Shown: in pieces, positions 51,293-60,148 of the stretch | Numbering within the stretch: the stretch's first letter is position 1 | Layout: every line of letters begins with the position of its first letter | Origin: an uncultured bacterium | GTDB taxonomy: Bacteria; Zixibacteria; MSB-5A5; UBA10806 | NCBI GenBank assembly: GCA_965541585.1 | Contig: CBEUCH010000006.1 | Coordinates: 128,001 to 192,000, forward strand | DNA length: 64,000 bases | Direction: 5' to 3' | The notes under the pieces: model-generated | Databases searched by the model: none | What the model saw: only the letters and a program-made list of their open reading frames with translations | Told to the model about the DNA's origin: nothing | Position numbers and translations under genes: made by a program

Positions 51293-52102
51293 TTATTTCA
51301 GGAAAACGCTGATAACCTTATTAAACTCCTCCGGCGCCTCCAGATTTACCATATGCGCGGCGCCGCTTATTATTACGAGTTCAGAATTAGTTATATCGCG
51401 ATTAAGATAATGGGCGGCGTCCAGTAATTGTGAATCCTGTGCCCCTGCGACAATAAGTGTCGGCTGTTTTATCTCATTCAATCTGGCTCGCCAATTTTCG
51501 GTGGATGGCGTCGCCTGGCGTGCAGTCATCATGCATAGAAGGTAATCGGGGTTGTGGCGTGCGATCATCCTCTCCCATACAGGACGGCTCTCCGGGTTAC
51601 GCTTAAATATGTTATCCACCAAGGGGCCGCTTAAAAGTCCGATCTCCTCGGCCCAGGCGTTCACGCCACGCAGGCGGAGAATATTTAGCTCCTGCTGCTG
51701 AAGCTCGGTCTCTTTTTGTGCTTTCGGACGGCCTGACGAGGGCAGAATCGATGATACCATGATCAGCCTTGTTACAATATCCGGCATCTCGTAGGCGATA
51801 CGGAATGCCACCGGCCCGCTCATGGAAAATCCCAGAATTGTTACTTCGCCCGGATCGAGCGATTCTATGATGCCGATAATATCTTCGGCCATTATCGAAC
51901 CCGACCAGCTCTTTCCGCAGGAGGACTGTCCGAATCCCCTCAGATCGACAGCGATAACCTTATGAGATTTTGCTAAAACGGACTTTTGGAATTCCCACAT
52001 GGTGCTGTTAAGCGCATAGCCATGGAGAAGAACCAGTGGCGGCCCATCGCCGGTGATCTCATAATAAATGACGGCGTCTTCGGCATCGTAAAATGGCATC
52101 AC
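51293..52102 (-). CDS. Alpha/beta hydrolase
   Basis: LLHG, DLRGFGQS, GFSMSG, Asp in GAQD, His in AAH. Confidence 0.88.
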   Translation of the reverse strand: MMPFYDAEDAVIYYEITGDGPPLVLLHGYALNSTMWEFQKSVLAKSHKVIAVDLRGFGQSSCGKSWSGSIMAEDIIGIIESLDPGEVTILGFSMSGPVAFRIAYEMPDIVTRLIMVSSILPSSGRPKAQKETELQQQELNILRLRGVNAWAEEIGLLSGPLVDNIFKRNPESRPVWERMIARHNPDYLLCMMTARQATPSTENWRARLNEIKQPTLIVAGAQDSQLLDAAHYLNRDITNSELVIISGAAHMVNLEAPEEFNKVISVFLK

Positions 52103-52749
52103 GAGTCCTCGGATTCATCAGCCAGAACGGTTTTGACGGCGCTGTTAATGGTATCCCATGAGAATCCCTTGCCTCTGAGGAAACTGATCAGGCGGTTTCT
52201 GGCTTTATCGGCGGGAAGATGCTTCAATGATCTGAGTTTTTTTTTGGCCAGTTCCATCACCGCATCTTGCTCATCAAAGCCTTCAAGCTCCATTTCGATA
52301 GCGAGCTCGGCCATCTCTTTGTCGATCCCTTTCTCCCATAGTTTCTGCTTCAGATACAATCGGGATTTAACTCCGCGAGCCATCTGGGATCTGATAAACG
52401 CCGCTGCGTATCTGGAATCGTCGAAAAAGCCATAGCGCTTCAATTGGGCCATGGCATCATCTCTTATGGCAGGCGATCGCCTCTCGGCGGATAGTTTTCG
52501 CGTCAAATCCCTCTCCGATATCATGCGGCGGGATAGAATCTGCATGCCCCTGTGCTTTAACCATGCCAGGTCTGCATGCTGATTGATCCGCTGAAAACGA
52601 GCATCGGAGATGATATCTCCAACTCTCAAACTGTTTTTATGGATGGTTTCTTCGTCGATAAGAAAAGGCGGTTTGCCCTTGATCTTCAGTTCAAACCACC
52701 CTTTTTTCCTCTTGACCGGTTCTATTCCGGCGATCAGTAATTCGGCCAA
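52099..52749 (-). CDS. recX: Regulatory protein RecX
   Basis: DDSRYA, L.EKGI, FLRGKGF; directly downstream of recA. Confidence 0.88.
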   Translation of the reverse strand: MAELLIAGIEPVKRKKGWFELKIKGKPPFLIDEETIHKNSLRVGDIISDARFQRINQHADLAWLKHRGMQILSRRMISERDLTRKLSAERRSPAIRDDAMAQLKRYGFFDDSRYAAAFIRSQMARGVKSRLYLKQKLWEKGIDKEMAELAIEMELEGFDEQDAVMELAKKKLRSLKHLPADKARNRLISFLRGKGFSWDTINSAVKTVLADESEDS

Positions 52750-52768
52750 TCAGGACGCCCCCAAATAA

Positions 52769-53830
52769 TTATTTTTTCGTTTTCTCTTTTTCCGGCTTTG
52801 ATGCCGCGGGCTCCTTTTGAATAGTCGGAGGAATCATCCCCAGGCACTCACGGATCCTGGCGTATACGTCCTTTGCCAGATCCCGGTTTTCCGTAAGGTA
52901 AGCTATGGAGTTATCCCGGCCCTGGCCGAGACGTTCCTCTCCACAGGAATACCAGGTTCCGGATCTCTCGATGATACCATGCTTTGAACCGAGGTCGATG
53001 AGCTCGCCCATCCTGGAGATCCCTTTGCCATAGATGATATCGAATTCGGCATCGCGGAACGGTGGAGCCACCTTGTTTTTGACCACCCGGACCCTGGTTC
53101 TCGAACCGGTGACCTCGCCTCCGTCCTTCAGCGTGGCTATCTTGCGGATATCCAGCCGGACCGACGAATAGAATTTTAGCGCGTTGCCGCCGGGAGTCGT
53201 CTCCGGATTGCCGAACATGATCCCGATCTTCATCCTGATCTGGTTGATGAAGATAACACAGGTCTTCGATTTGGAGATGGTGCCCGTCAGCTTTCTCATG
53301 GCCTGCGACATCAAGCGGGCCTGCAGACCCATATGCGAATCCCCCATCTCGCCCTCGATCTCCGCCTTGGGAACCAGGGCAGCCACGGAGTCGATGGCGA
53401 TGAGATCGATGGCGCTGGAGCGAACCAGCGTTTCGGTAATATCGAGCGCCTGTTCGCCGGTATCGGGCTGACTGATCAGCAGGTTTTCGATATCGACACC
53501 CAGAACCCTCGCATAAGCAGGATCCATGCAATGTTCGGCGTCGATAAAGGCAGCGATACCGCCCAGCCTCTGGGCCTCGGCCAGAATATGCAGCGCCAGC
53601 GTGGTCTTCCCGGATGCCTCCGGCCCGAATATCTCCACCACCCGTCCGCGGGGTACCCCCCCGATGCCCAGTGCGACGTCGAGCCCGATGGAACCGGTCG
53701 GTATGGATGGTATCTTCAGATCGCCGGGGTCATCACCCAATCGCATAATCGAGCCCTTGCCGAACTGTCGCTCGATGGATGTCACCGCCATCTCGAGGGC
53801 TTTCTTTTTCTTCTCGTCGTTATCGCTCAT
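52769..53830 (-). CDS. recA: Recombinase A
   Basis: [40 protein letters not shown]. Confidence 0.99.
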   Translation of the reverse strand: MSDNDEKKKKALEMAVTSIERQFGKGSIMRLGDDPGDLKIPSIPTGSIGLDVALGIGGVPRGRVVEIFGPEASGKTTLALHILAEAQRLGGIAAFIDAEHCMDPAYARVLGVDIENLLISQPDTGEQALDITETLVRSSAIDLIAIDSVAALVPKAEIEGEMGDSHMGLQARLMSQAMRKLTGTISKSKTCVIFINQIRMKIGIMFGNPETTPGGNALKFYSSVRLDIRKIATLKDGGEVTGSRTRVRVVKNKVAPPFRDAEFDIIYGKGISRMGELIDLGSKHGIIERSGTWYSCGEERLGQGRDNSIAYLTENRDLAKDVYARIRECLGMIPPTIQKEPAASKPEKEKTKK

Positions 53831-53870
53831 TTATGCCCCTTCGTTAAAATTTTTCAAATCAACCGTCATG

Positions 53871-53899
53871 ATTATAAAATATACTGTTCAGATGTGCAA
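53871..53899 (-). promoter_or_regulatory. recA promoter with a candidate SOS box
   Basis: TTGCAC-N17-TATAAT; TGTTC-N4-GTGCA at 53885-53898 overlaps the -35. Confidence 0.65.
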
Positions 53900-53991
53900 G
53901 TGTTTTTTCGCCGTCATCATAAGATTTTTATGACACGATCTGACAGTATGATATTGTTGACTTCTCCCCTTACTCTCTAATAATAAATAAG

Positions 53992-54552
53992 TTACAGCGA
54001 TATAGCCTCGAGTTTAGTGTATTTGGGGCCGGCTGGAGAGAGGTCCGATTTGAATATGCTGACCTCATTTACGCCGAATGGCTGCGATTCATACCGGGTC
54101 TTCTCTATTTGAGCTAGAAGCTGATCGAGGCCTTTTGGGAATTTCACTCTGCCGATGGTCAAATGCGATGAAAACGGTTTGTCCCCTTTCCCGAAACCGG
54201 ACTCGATAGTCGCCTGTTCCACCTGAGCGGCCAGGCTTTTGAGCCTGTCAATGCCTGAACCGGAGCCGATCCAGATCACCCGCGGCCTTCTCAGATTCGG
54301 GAAAGCCCCCAGACCTGATAATGACAGATCGAACCCGCCGAATCCCTCGGTGTTGCCTTTTATGCTGTCGGCGAGCGACGGCACCGATTCTTCCGGGATA
54401 TCGCCCAGAAACCGTAATGTCAGGTGCAGGTTGGCCGCCTTCACCCAGCGGATATTGGCGTTGAGCTGCCGGAAGCCCGCGATCATCTTATCGATTTCCA
54501 TCTTGATCTGTTGGGGAAGATCGACCGCTATGAATGTGCGTATGTCTGCCAT
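53992..54552 (-). CDS. thpR: RNA 2',3'-cyclic phosphodiesterase (2H family)
   Basis: RTFIA, two HLT motifs, FPNLRRPRVIW. Confidence 0.93.
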   Translation of the reverse strand: MADIRTFIAVDLPQQIKMEIDKMIAGFRQLNANIRWVKAANLHLTLRFLGDIPEESVPSLADSIKGNTEGFGGFDLSLSGLGAFPNLRRPRVIWIGSGSGIDRLKSLAAQVEQATIESGFGKGDKPFSSHLTIGRVKFPKGLDQLLAQIEKTRYESQPFGVNEVSIFKSDLSPAGPKYTKLEAISL

Positions 54553-54715
54553 TAGTTTAATATATACGAGGGCTTTTGAGATTCAAGGGGAAAAAGGAAT
54601 AATAAAAATCTCCCATGGTACTCCTAATGCAGAAATACAACACCATCCTATCTTTGTAGGAATAACAACTTTTTTCTAAATAGGAGAGTTATTTACCGCC
54701 TGGGATGAATCGGCT

Positions 54716-55267
54716 TTAGAAGGCAGTTTTTAGAACTTCCCCATTTATCAATTCAGTTAGCCTTTTGATCCGCTTATAACGCAGGACATTTCTGTTCCAA
54801 GGTCTATCATAAACTATGATCTCCATGTCGCTGGGAATTAGGTCGACGTAACCGAGATAATCTTCCACCAAACACCCTGGGGGAATATCAATATATTCTT
54901 TGCCATACTTGTTTACGAAATATAATTCATGATAATGAATTTTGTTCCGTGCAAGCCAATCTATCGTAACCTGTTTTAAATGAGGAGGTCTACTTGTTAA
55001 TACCGAAACGATATGATGGTGGTTTAGAAATTCAGTTACCCTCGAAGCGCCAATTTCTTTTTCGATATTGGTGAATAATTCATAATCGCTATATATCGAA
55101 TCCCATATTTCCCACATGTCTGATTGTGTAATTCCATATATTGTATTGAAATCGTAAACCACAAAGTCCCTGTATGTCTTCTTAATAGATAGACGTTTAT
55201 TAAAATAATCTATAAATACCTTATAGCTTTTTGACAAGCAATTATCAAGATCAATATAAATATTCAT
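54716..55267 (-). CDS. HAD-superfamily 5'(3')-nucleotidase, NT5C-like
   Basis: IYIDLDNCL (DxD), LTSRP, LVED, DRPWN; ATGA overlap at 55264-55267. Confidence 0.82.
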   Translation of the reverse strand: MNIYIDLDNCLSKSYKVFIDYFNKRLSIKKTYRDFVVYDFNTIYGITQSDMWEIWDSIYSDYELFTNIEKEIGASRVTEFLNHHHIVSVLTSRPPHLKQVTIDWLARNKIHYHELYFVNKYGKEYIDIPPGCLVEDYLGYVDLIPSDMEIIVYDRPWNRNVLRYKRIKRLTELINGEVLKTAF

Positions 55268-56091
55268 CGCGTCTCTCTCGCTATGATTTGCCCACAACCC
55301 ATTTCTTTTTGTACCCCGGCGCTTCGAAATACCTTACAGGGTACTTTTTCCATACAAAGTCGATTTTCCCATTTCTTAATATTCCGAGATACCAAAAACT
55401 CATCACTATTAGGATAAGAAAGCTTTATATAACCACATGCATTTATGATCTCTTTTCCTGTTAATAAAGCAGAAAGATCTTGGTCGCTGTCATTTAAACC
55501 ATCTATTAAACAAATATTAAAAGAAACCCGTCTAAATGGAATCTCCTCGTAGAAGATCTTGGCTACTCTTAAAAGTCTACCGTAATCACTCGGAATGCCA
55601 AGCATCTTTTCCCTTCTATCATTTACGGCGGTATGCAAGGATATCTGAAGTCTCACTTTCTCATTTCGTACAGCACTAATAACGTTGTGAATGTCTATTT
55701 TTGGAAGAATTGTAGAGATACCGATTGAGATATTGTCTAATTCAGCGAGGGAGTTAATGAGCTTAAGTGTATTGTCTATGTTGCACATTGGTTCGCCAAC
55801 ACCCATCAAATCTATCTCAATGCGGCTATCCGACCTACGGCCGCAATTTTTATCTAAGATTTCTATTTGAGCATTAATTTCATCGATAGATAAGTTACGC
55901 AGGAATCTTGTTTTGCTATTTGAGCAAAATACGCAATTAAAGGGGCATCCAATTTGTGATGAAACACAAAAGATATGCTGGTAGTCATCTCTATACGGTA
56001 GAAAGAGATAGGCACATTCTACTGTACCGTCGCCAAAATCCAAAGCGTATTTTCTATTAACGCCTAAACTAACCGTACTAACCACAATCAT
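55264..56091 (-). CDS. RlmN/Cfr-like radical SAM methyltransferase, N-terminally short
   Basis: CVSSQIGCPFNCVFC, RNLS..EI, MGVGEP, ISLH, GLNDS, GCGQI; 275 aa. Confidence 0.85.
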   Translation of the reverse strand: MIVVSTVSLGVNRKYALDFGDGTVECAYLFLPYRDDYQHIFCVSSQIGCPFNCVFCSNSKTRFLRNLSIDEINAQIEILDKNCGRRSDSRIEIDLMGVGEPMCNIDNTLKLINSLAELDNISIGISTILPKIDIHNVISAVRNEKVRLQISLHTAVNDRREKMLGIPSDYGRLLRVAKIFYEEIPFRRVSFNICLIDGLNDSDQDLSALLTGKEIINACGYIKLSYPNSDEFLVSRNIKKWENRLCMEKVPCKVFRSAGVQKEMGCGQIIARETR

Positions 56092-57215
56092 ATCTGAGCT
56101 ACGGGATAAATAAACTGTTGGTATTTTCTTAGAATATAGCGATCCGTCATGCCTGATATGAAATCAATTAATAAGACACGGTCAATGTCATTATGCATCT
56201 CTAACGATCCATTTCCTTCTTTAATATAGCGTTCAAACCCCCTTTCCTCGGCACCGGCTATTTTCCGCTGGGTATAATTTAAATAGAAATCGAATACTTT
56301 TCGTACAATACTCTTTGCCTCTTCATATCTGCTTTTAATTCGTGGATCATAGTGTATTTTCTGCTCAATTATTTTAGTCCATGTCAACGCCATCAGGGCG
56401 GCACAATGAGGTTCCATTACCAAATAGGGTTTCCCATGGTTGTCAGTAATCTGCCCGTAGTTCTCCAGGTTGTATTTGATAAATCTATTGATTATTGTTT
56501 TAAGTCGGATGTGTAATTCTGGGTCAAGGACTCCCAGAGCCTCCTTATCTAAGTCCGAAATCTTAATGTCCATATAAGACAACGTAAATTGGTTCTTATT
56601 TTTAATAGATTCCAACTCCCCTACTTTGTCTATAATATCTGACTTATCAGCGTCTTCTATATCGTGCGTAAGATATGCCATATCATCGGCGAACCTTATA
56701 ACTTGACCTTCTAATGTAAGCGGTAGGTTTTTGGAAAAATCGGAATAATCAAGACGGTGTTTTCGTATACCATCAAGCGTTTCGGGCAGAAAGGATCTTC
56801 CGTATTTTGATCTAATTCCCGTAGCTATCTTATAACTATTTTCCGGGTGACTCCATTCTTTCAATGAAATGCCATGCTCCTTGACGATACTATCAAGGGC
56901 TTCCTCACCTGCATGTCCAAAGGGCGCGTGACCTATGTCGTGGCCTAGCGCCATTGCCTCAGTCAAATCAACATTCAGTTCAAGGACCCTCGCAATATTC
57001 TTAGCAATTCTCACGACCTCGAAAGTATGGGCTAAACGTGTTCGGACATGGTCATCTTGCGGTGTGGTGAAGATCTGTGATTTGTGAGCGAGTCTTCTGA
57101 AAGCATTTGAATAGATTATTGCATCACCTTCCCTCACATATATGGATCTAACGTTATCAGCTTCGTAAAGCTCATCCCCTGTATTCGACCTGAATTCTGC
57201 GAGGTTCTTCAGCAT
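56088..57215 (-). CDS. dGTP triphosphohydrolase-like HD protein
   Basis: AFRRLAHKSQIF, RTRLAHTFEV, GHDIGHAPFGHAGE, TLEGQ, ADDMAY..HDIED, DFISGMTDRY; ATG 57215 with GGAGG SD. Confidence 0.9.
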   Translation of the reverse strand: MLKNLAEFRSNTGDELYEADNVRSIYVREGDAIIYSNAFRRLAHKSQIFTTPQDDHVRTRLAHTFEVVRIAKNIARVLELNVDLTEAMALGHDIGHAPFGHAGEEALDSIVKEHGISLKEWSHPENSYKIATGIRSKYGRSFLPETLDGIRKHRLDYSDFSKNLPLTLEGQVIRFADDMAYLTHDIEDADKSDIIDKVGELESIKNKNQFTLSYMDIKISDLDKEALGVLDPELHIRLKTIINRFIKYNLENYGQITDNHGKPYLVMEPHCAALMALTWTKIIEQKIHYDPRIKSRYEEAKSIVRKVFDFYLNYTQRKIAGAEERGFERYIKEGNGSLEMHNDIDRVLLIDFISGMTDRYILRKYQQFIYPVAQI

Positions 57216-57293
57216 ACAATCCTCCACCAGGCGTAAATAAGGAAATCTAAAGCCCGGGCATTTCGCAGGAATTACGATTGGTTCTTCCTTTAC

Positions 57294-57322
57294 AATATAA
57301 AGAGCTATCTCTGCTTTTTCAA
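57294..57322 (-). promoter_or_regulatory. Sigma70-type promoter of the HD/radical-SAM/HAD operon
   Basis: TTGAAA-N17-TATATT. Confidence 0.55.
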
Positions 57323-57398
57323 TAGCAATCTTTCATCTCGTTACCAAGCGGGGGCCTATACCCAGTATTGAAATCGCCGAACTATATAGAGTGGGTTC

Positions 57399-57438
57399 TC
57401 ATATCCTCGGTGGCTTTATCCCCAGTTTACGCAGGTAA
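57399..57438 (-). repeat. Displaced copy of the dinB-family 3' end (direct repeat of 59611-59650)
   Basis: 37/40 nt identical; encodes YLRKLGIKPPRI* versus YLRILGIKPPRI*. Confidence 0.9.
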
Positions 57439-57495
57439 GCGTGCATCAAACTACTCAACAGAAATTGACAGCCGTTCGAGATGCCGGTGCCTTGA

Positions 57496-58254
57496 TCAGA
57501 AATCAATGTCTGTAAAAGCAGTGTTATGTGTGAAGCTGACATCCAGGCCTTCCGCCATGCCGGTAGCCATCACCCGCCAGGCATGATCGATCGGCGGCGC
57601 GTCGTACCTCCCGTTACCGTTGAGATCGGCGTAGAAATCGATCTGATATTGAGCGCCGCTCTGGATGATATCCCTGATCTCGATATCGAAATCGTGGTTG
57701 GGGATGGTATCGAGGCGATACTGCCCCACGGTCCTTCCCGATTCGGTGTGGATAACCTTCATCTCGAAAAGCTGCCCCAAATGGGGATTAAACCCGAATA
57801 GATCCAGGCGGAATTCAGAACCAAGATCGGAGTACGAAGGTTCATCGATATCCGTGAAATCTGTATTATGCGAGAACGTTACCTCGACTTCGCCGGTCGC
57901 AGGAAGGTCTAATCTCCAGGCGTGGTCTTCCGGCGGAGGATCGTAGGAATCAGTCATGTTGAGGTCCGCGAAGAAATCAAGCCTGTGGGGCCCCTCGGGC
58001 ACCGATGATTTCATGACCATATCGATCTCTGCCGATGGAAGAGGATCGAGAATAACTTGAGCCTGCAGTTGGTTTCCGCTGGAAACTACTCTAAGTTCCA
58101 CCAACTGGCCCACATGCGGAGACATATCCTGTAGATGCAGGGTCATGTCCCGGTTATCAGACGAAGGGGGTGGGGGCTGGGTCGTATTATTATCGTCACA
58201 GGCAACGATTACGAGCAATAAAGACATTGAAAGACCAAACATCACGTTTTTCAT
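57496..58254 (-). CDS. Lipoprotein with a tandem duplicated domain
   Basis: Lipobox IVAC; two repeats of PHxGQL...DF(F/Y)ADLN...YDxPPxDHAWR...FxHNTxFTDI. Confidence 0.8.
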   Translation of the reverse strand: MKNVMFGLSMSLLLVIVACDDNNTTQPPPPSSDNRDMTLHLQDMSPHVGQLVELRVVSSGNQLQAQVILDPLPSAEIDMVMKSSVPEGPHRLDFFADLNMTDSYDPPPEDHAWRLDLPATGEVEVTFSHNTDFTDIDEPSYSDLGSEFRLDLFGFNPHLGQLFEMKVIHTESGRTVGQYRLDTIPNHDFDIEIRDIIQSGAQYQIDFYADLNGNGRYDAPPIDHAWRVMATGMAEGLDVSFTHNTAFTDIDF

Positions 58255-58433
58255 AAAACCTCTCTTGTTACAGTAAGCAAATCCTTCGTTTTCCACTTTT
58301 TTACAGCAGTAAAAGCCTGCCGGTTTCCCTAATCGAGAGTGATAACCATTTTCAATATATGAAAGTTCCCGGCCCGGTAAACGAAAAGGTTGATTCTCAA
58401 TATGAGATGCCGTCCGAAATTTCGTTTAGCGAC

Positions 58434-59453
58434 TTATTTTAAATCAGTATCAGTATCGCGGAAGACGTTGCTTACGCGTAAAAGGCTGTCAAGATAACCG
58501 GCGTTCTCCGAAACATGCCGCAGCTTGTCTTCGCCATACCCCCGTTCGACCGCGGCCGCCGCCACGCGTCCCTGATTATTGTAGAGGACATCGGGTATAT
58601 AGTTCGATAAAGAATCATCGTACGCCTCTAAAGGCGATATGATTTCCCAACCCTTCTTCCGCAGAAAATTAACCAGATCATCGATGTACAAAGCGGCCAG
58701 GTCATTTTCGTGCAGTAATAAAACATGATTCGGCGAATAGCCGAGCGCGTCACGGGCCATTTTATCGTAGAATTGGATAGCGCCCCATAACATATCGACA
58801 TAGATTTTCCCGAGAGCCACGGTATCGATCTCCATACCGTTCTCGGCCGCGTCCCGGCATTTCCGGTCGATGTACCAGTCCCAGGTGTCTATAGTAACGT
58901 AGCCATTGCGATATCCGAGCGAATCCAGAGCTTGACGTATACTGTCTCTCACCGGTACCGTCCTGCCCTCGTCAAGCATAGGATAACGGAACAGTGGCAC
59001 AAATGTCGAGAATTGCCGCAGGCTGTCATCGGCACCGCGAATATCCGAAATATACGATACACATCCTGAATCATCGGGTCGACGATGAGAATGACTGTGG
59101 TTGCCCAGAAGATGGCCGGCTTTTGCGTATCGCTCAAGACGATTATGGCCATCATTGTAGGGAAGATTTTCCGTAATACAATAAAAAATCACCGACGGTA
59201 CAGCAACATCATTTAGTTGTCTGATAAATCTATCAGTCCGCTTCGCCCCACCGAAAAAAGCGCCCTTGCCGCTGGGAGCGTCATCGAAGCTCAAACAAAG
59301 GCGGCCGATCGGAGGTTCTTCAGTAGAGCCTTTTCCGGGCTTTTTATCTTCTCCCAGGGCTGACTGAAATTCTCCCGCCGGGGAGGCAATTATTACCATT
59401 AAGCAAAACAGGATCAAACACATGTTTAGTCCCGTCAGTCTGGTATGTGTCAT
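58434..59453 (-). CDS. Secreted polysaccharide deacetylase (CE4)
   Basis: LSFDDAP, GNHSHSH, FRYP, LLLHEN. Confidence 0.88.
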   Translation of the reverse strand: MTHTRLTGLNMCLILFCLMVIIASPAGEFQSALGEDKKPGKGSTEEPPIGRLCLSFDDAPSGKGAFFGGAKRTDRFIRQLNDVAVPSVIFYCITENLPYNDGHNRLERYAKAGHLLGNHSHSHRRPDDSGCVSYISDIRGADDSLRQFSTFVPLFRYPMLDEGRTVPVRDSIRQALDSLGYRNGYVTIDTWDWYIDRKCRDAAENGMEIDTVALGKIYVDMLWGAIQFYDKMARDALGYSPNHVLLLHENDLAALYIDDLVNFLRKKGWEIISPLEAYDDSLSNYIPDVLYNNQGRVAAAAVERGYGEDKLRHVSENAGYLDSLLRVSNVFRDTDTDLK

Positions 59454-59536
59454 CTATCCCGGATTGTCACTATATTATCATCCTTGTGGGTACCGTCTGG
59501 TTTCTCTGAAGTAGTACTATCGTAACTGACGGATTC

Positions 59537-59562
59537 GGTGTCGAGTGCAGAGACTCGACACC
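59537..59562. repeat. Perfect 10-bp hairpin (REP-like or terminator-like)
   Basis: GGTGTCGAGT-N6-ACTCGACACC, with no T-tail. Confidence 0.5.
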
Positions 59563-59610
59563 ACCAAGATTGTCATCATGTTATCATCCTAGTGCACGCC
59601 ATTTTTCGTA

Positions 59611-60078
59611 TCATATCCTCGGTGGCTTAATCCCCAGTATGCGCAGGTAATGGTTTATCTGGCTGCGGTGGTGAATATCGTGTTCGAAGAGATGCAGGAA
59701 TATCCAGTAGCCGGTAACCACATTGTCACGACCGAATTTGCTCATATCGTATTTGCCCTTCAGCACCTTCGGCGCACGGGCGAAGAAATCGCCCAGCCGT
59801 TTCCAGTGCGAATCGAGAAGGCCGGCGATCTCCGGTTTCGGCAGGCTGGGGCAGGGCGTGTAATCAGTATATTCCTTACCATTGATAATTGCGCTGAGCC
59901 ACCAGTCGGAGCCCTCGGCGATATGCATGAAGATATTACCAAGCGAGATCATCTTCTCCGCCGGCGCCCAGTCGAGTTTGTCATCAGGTGTAATTTCAAG
60001 CGCTTTCATAAGTGGAGGTTTGATCTCGTCGAACCAGAATTTTGTCAGCGTATTGAGTTCGAATACGTTTTCAGGCAT
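59611..60078 (-). CDS. DinB/YfiT-family metal-binding protein
   Basis: LDWAP, FMHIA, EHDIHHRSQI..YLR.LG..PP. Confidence 0.9.
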   Translation of the reverse strand: MPENVFELNTLTKFWFDEIKPPLMKALEITPDDKLDWAPAEKMISLGNIFMHIAEGSDWWLSAIINGKEYTDYTPCPSLPKPEIAGLLDSHWKRLGDFFARAPKVLKGKYDMSKFGRDNVVTGYWIFLHLFEHDIHHRSQINHYLRILGIKPPRI

Positions 60079-60101
60079 TTTATTTCCCTTTTTGACGATC
60101 A

Positions 60102-60146
60102 GAGATCGCTTCGTCGTCTCACTTTGTTCGACTCCTCGCGATGACG
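60102..60146 (+). repeat. REP-like palindromic element (GAGATxGCTTCGTCG...CTCCTCGCxATGAC type)
   Basis: Its 3' end matches the reverse complement of 61856-61870 at 14/15. Confidence 0.65.
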
Positions 60147-60148
60147 TT

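Noticed and set aside
53333..53980. Long antisense ORFs (over recA, the cytochromes, HD-GYP, hutH and others)
   Set aside because: Shadow frames of well-supported genes, with no motifs or SD.
55264..56091. Calling the radical SAM gene viperin, rlmN or cfr
   Set aside because: Motifs are RlmN-class rather than viperin, but length, context and composition argue against a housekeeping or resistance label without phylogeny.
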